Positions 60,601 to 64,000 of a stretch of 64,000 nt of DNA are shown here, in pieces (within the stretch, counting starts at the first letter, position 1; each line of letters starts with the position of its first letter). The position numbers and the translations under genes are program-made. Where the stretch lies: contig NIVC01002856.1 in the NCBI GenBank assembly GCA_002269645.1, forward strand, positions 62,001-126,000, written 5' to 3'. A model generated the notes under the pieces. That model ran no database searches. It was not told where the DNA came from and saw nothing but the letters and a program-made list of their open reading frames with translations. Source of the DNA: Macrostomum lignano. Taxonomy: Eukaryota.

Positions 60601-61429
60601 TGAGTCAGTCATCAGTAGTTTGAATCGGGCATACCGAATGGGATAAACTCCGGTCGGTCAGCGGGTGCGGCAACTCTGGCCCACAGGTCACGTACGGCTT
60701 CAATAGCAATCTGGTTCACTCAAGATTGGTGTCTTATCTCAACTCTCTTTTCTCTCTAATTTCCTCTCCCCTCTCCTCTTCTTTCTCTCCACTCTCCACC
60801 CCTCTTCTCTTCTCCTCTTCTCTCCTCTGTGTGGTCCGCAGTCACGCGCTAGATTCCAAATCTGTCCCTCGCTAGATTCCAAATCTGTCCCTCGCTAGAT
60901 TCCAAATCTGTCCCTCGCTAGATTCCAAATCTGTCCCTCGCTAGATTCCAAATCTGTCCCTCGCTAGATTCCAAATCTGTCCCTCGCTAGATTCCAAATC
61001 TGTCCCTTAAGTTAAAAAGTTTGCCGACTCCTGAACTGAACTCAAAATTGATGCTATAGTTGATCAACAGTTAAAAGAGTGATTATGACAATCAAGGCTG
61101 ACTGAAAATGCATACAAAACACATAAGGGATTCTTGGAATTCTTTTTTCTGTAGATTACGGATACGAGGTAGAAACTCCTGTATATGTACCTGGTTACAT
61201 TAATTCCGACATCTCTGCTGCGGCGTACAGATTGCAATCGTTGAATACATCTAGAGTACATCTAGTAGAAAAAAATTATTCGAACTATACGCTACTACAA
61301 GTAGATTGCCGGCTCATATTATTTCAATTGCAATTTCAGCTGCTGTGCGAAATCTGCAGCGAACTGCACGAACTGCGCAACGGCTGCCTGAGCAATCGAG
61401 CCCAGTGGGAGTCGCTGACCGGGCAGTGA
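48635..61429 (+). CDS. GAF-GAF cyclic-nucleotide phosphodiesterase (PDE5/PDE11-like); this copy is disrupted by a transposon insertion
   Basis: Exons 48635-49567, 51499-51654, 51728-51817, 52310-52453, 52647-52762, 52857-52905, 52999-53040, 53413-53756, 54214-54406 (YHNWRHA), 55942-56114+59591-59722 (HDLDHRGTDN; split), 59833-60043 (ADLSAITKPW), 60516-60599 (MQVDFID) and 61340-61429. All phases fit once the insertion is removed. Confidence 0.92.
51117..51154 (+). ncRNA. Flatworm spliced-leader (SL) exon-like sequence within a PDE intron
   Basis: agacggtctctcactgcgaagactcaatttattacatg differs at 2 positions from the Macrostomum lignano SL as I recall it (...AGACGGTCTCTTACTGCGAAGACTCAATTTATTGCATG) and ends in ATG like flatworm SLs. 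It is not followed by GT. Confidence 0.6.
54720..54875 (-). mobile_element. Dispersed repeat family copy in a PDE intron
   Basis: Reverse complement ggctgtgggcaccctggcgca...gacatcatctcacaaccagc...cctgagcac aligns by eye with 842-940. Confidence 0.55.
56115..59586 (-). mobile_element. Full-length Chapaev-type (CMC superfamily) DNA transposon, 3472 bp
   Basis: TIRs at 56115-56345 and 59357-59586 start CACACTGCTCTAGAAG and differ at about 6 positions. The 4-bp TSD ACCA lies at 56111-56114 and 59587-59590. One long internal ORF. Confidence 0.95.
56793..58916 (-). CDS. Chapaev-like DDE transposase, about 707 aa, uninterrupted
   Basis: ATG at 58916. The N-terminus is Cys/His-rich (H-x7-CLLC, PTAICSRC, CECKIC, CGRC...HAC). 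The core has KIGIDGGGGFLK, AVDMKL...HPCPWC, PPMELHLMLG and SEQASESVHSDF. Confidence 0.9.
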   Translation of the reverse strand: MASHKSHDENRLKVCLLCFKKGSSCSPITEKISDRICRLLQFEADLEDARLPTAICSRCRHLLHDVDVGIKTRDCLPAALNMKSVLLAPLTRQSPRCECKICVIARENPIGQGLGTAKHRPHPIGRPPIDSLDPLPSANPVTICGRCHSKISRGKSHACTITQRRANLSEQLLMDKRGAEIQASDILKTVEASSGPFESRNVQLATRGRSLTVSFGQQKRQSLNSREADTISAEQFSQFQRDLRLSQRQTKQAAQKIREWQGRNAFEPNLEQKLREIDIILQEFFQVAQLPLQIKGDQQELRTVAYCPDVGLLLSRIMENRQINPAESVVKIGIDGGGGFLKVCANIIDVSLPEAQVEKRAASSEPQASGVKKLILLAIVENVCESYYNLKKVLALLRLEAVTFICAVDMKLANLILGLQACSSTHPCPWCEQPKSKFVQQNSGANSRTLGRIRQLATEFQQANDQKSRCQSISAACFKNCVHQPLLDADDSVPVLQLIPPMELHLMLGIVNRLYDELDSRLTTDTGGVVTAAAWTRQLNICRSKQHGGTFNGNECSKLLEGVDILEQILTDHCAFSSMPVLHSMRCFSNVKRLCFGNELLPGFEQAISEFSSAFMSLDINISPKVHALLAHVPEFLQAEIEHQNRHMENGKQPRYRGLGFWSEQASESVHSDFGQLWTRGFRTALTHPEYPQRLLRCTIIYNSRHM
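60849..61006. repeat. 23-bp tandem repeat (ctagattccaaatctgtccctcg)n, about 7 perfect copies, in the last PDE intron
   Basis: Direct periodicity. Confidence 0.93.
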
Positions 61430-62819
61430 TTCGACATCGAAAAACGTTTTTGTGCTGAATATAGCTAACAGTCTCAGGAGCTGTGACACCGGAATGGAAC
61501 CTTTAAACCCCTACTTTAATAAAATAGCGCTTAACTAATTATATAAAGCGATAAAAATTGTTAAAATGCACTCGTGAGATCGGGAAAAAATTTAATACAC
61601 AAATCTGGTAACCTTGTACCAGAAATTTGTGTCGTATTTTCTTGACCACAGTTCAAGTTGCGAGAATCAAATAATTGTGCCGTCAGCGACTTCTTTTTTT
61701 ATTTTGTTATAAATTCGCTTTGATTCTTTTGAGTTTGTTCACATAATTTTGGCTTTTGACACTTAATTACTCCTTATAATTAAATAAAAATGTTAGCTAA
61801 GAAATTTTTTTAGATAATTTGTAAATATTATCTAATATTTAAATGTTTTAGTTACCTACCATATCTTTACAAACATTATCTGAACTCCCCAAATTCAAAA
61901 CTAATATGCAATAAACTATTTTCTCGTATATAAACTCTCAGACTTTCGTCACTATATTATTTTACTATAACTAGCTCGTATCACGAAAATTATTGAAATT
62001 CTATTTTTCAAATGCTTGTCTGCATAACTTAATGAAAGAATTTATAAGTTTTCGATTATTTGCTTACTACCTTTCCAGCTTTTGACTTCAAAATTACTTT
62101 ATTAATTAAAAGTACGATCGTAATTATGGAGGAGAAAATATCCGAAGGTAGAGAAGGTAAATTTAATGTAGTGCTAGTACGAGCAGTAAAAGTACATTAA
62201 TCCATCTACCTAAATAAATTTCTATGCACACATAATGTACTTATTTCATAATGAAATAAGGATGTTTAAGGATATTTCAATACTTACACATTATCGATGG
62301 TTAATCCTCAACAACTGGGTCAGTTTCAAAATAACAAATCTATTTTAATGCTGAGGCAATTCCTGATAAAATCATTTAGACATCCCAAGAGAATGTAGTC
62401 TCGCAAAATTTCAGTCTTTATTCTTAGCTACTCACAGCGAAACTGATTTTTTATGCGTGAATCGACGGCGTCTTCCAAGTTGGTGTATTTCTTCAATAGC
62501 GGCATTTATGGACGCCTCGAGCATTCACAGCAAAACGAAAATGCCTAGCAAAAGTTAAGAGCATTAAAACAAAAAGTTTGAAGCGTCATCCGCGCGTGCT
62601 TTGTTCGTCGGAAATGGTAGTCGGTATAAGGAACGCATGAACCCTGTGTAAAACTCTGCGCTTATTGAAACGATTCCCTAGACCTGAGAAACCGGGGTTG
62701 CTTGCACAAATCAGGCGCTGCTAACTCAGAAGTGCTAGGGACCTAGCGTGCTGCTTTGCGTCATCTATTGGGACGGCAGTTTTATTTTAGTTTTATCCGG
62801 GATGACTGCGACAGCTCCA

Positions 62820-63033
62820 TCAGGTTGACCTTGGCTGCGCGTCCTCCTTCTTGAACATGTCCATGAGCTCGTCAACCATGGAGGCCACCTTCTGCGGATT
62901 GGCCTCGCTGATGGGGATTCCCTTAACCAGCTGGCGTTTCACCCGCGGTTGTACGCGGCTCTTCGGCTCAGTGACAACGATGTCTTCGTAGGGGTCGAAT
63001 TGCGGGTTGAAGAAGCCCTTCACGTTCGAGTAC
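62820..63033 (-). CDS. Probable terminal exon of an unidentified gene extending beyond the window
   Basis: The acceptor ccgccag| is followed by GC-rich coding-like sequence YSNVKGFFNPQFDPYEDIVVTEPKSRVQPRVKRQLVKGIPISEANPQKVASMVDELMDMFKKEDAQPRST*. No family recognised. Confidence 0.6.
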
Positions 63034-64000
63034 CTGGCGGTGGAGATTTAGTCATCGCATAAGTTCAAAAGCAGTCACTCGGTCAAACATTCAAATACGC
63101 GCATAGCGGAGAGACTATTCAGAAAAGACCAGCTCAATGCAATCCAAAATATTTATAGTTTCCTATCTGATATAGATTGACTTGAAGATCTTTTTGCGGA
63201 TTTCATACCATAAAGTTCTATCACTGCTTCGTCTGAAAGGACCTGTTTTTTAAATGCCCGAAACTATGAAAAGAGGGAATCTTTGTTCTCTAATCTCCTC
63301 TTTTTTGTTGATATCATGATTGCTTTCTCTTCCTGGGTGCTATCTGTTTGCATTTCTTCGTTCTTTGAGGTGCTATTTTGTCTTTTTTCCCGTTTTACTG
63401 TGCGTCAAATGTTAGCCTTTCAAAACTTCTCTATGAATTTTTACGCATTACGCATACCCTTTCGCATACTCTTAATTATATACAAATGTTAAAACGAATT
63501 ATTTACCAGTTAAAACAAATATTTAAAATGCTAATTGTAATACGGTTATATGTGCTTTGGTATATTGACATAAAATACGGTTATTTATCGTTATCCTTAT
63601 TCGCGATCATTTTAAAACTAGTGTACACCTTTTTTTCGATTTTTTCGTTCCAACTTCATTCGTACCTTATCTCGCAATTTCGAAATCAAAGCAATACCTC
63701 GTAATTCGTACTCATTTTTGTACTCATATTTATATTCATCCATACTCATATTCATAGTCATATTATAATTCCCTCATTTAAATACTTTAAATTTGTCGTT
63801 TCGTTGTTGGTTGTCACTTTTCGTCCAAAAATTCCGTAAAAAATTCTGGTGCGCTTTCAAATACTTTATATTTTACAATAACGTCGAATCGTCTTTATAA
63901 ACTTCTATTTCGAAAAATTTTCCAAATACATTGCCGTATAATATATTGGCCAAACAGGCTAATTAACTGAGCCAAATTCTTACTACTACTACTACTACTA

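Overview
Intron-rich eukaryotic (animal) genomic DNA. A flatworm-type spliced-leader-like sequence and the gene content suggest a free-living flatworm such as Macrostomum (inference). Genes reconstructed by hand from GT/AG boundaries and reading-frame continuity: the 3' end of a cGMP-dependent protein kinase (+); a divergent 13-exon Slo/BK-type K+ channel (-); two tandem pseudokinase domains whose exons can be spliced in frame into an intact caspase (-); a GAT-like SLC6 transporter (-); two short IRF genes with little beyond the DNA-binding domain (+; one carries a 1-nt frameshift); a tachykinin-receptor-like GPCR (+); a GAF-GAF phosphodiesterase (+) whose catalytic exon is split by a full-length 3.47-kb Chapaev-type DNA transposon (about 230-bp TIRs, ACCA target-site duplication, open transposase); and the last exon of an unidentified gene (-). 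About a dozen unrelated minisatellites, a dispersed repeat family, a CORE/MIR-like SINE and a THAP relic fill the introns and spacers. The most interesting candidate is the predicted pseudokinase-pseudokinase-caspase fusion protein of about 1,030 aa. All gene models are manual and lack transcript support.
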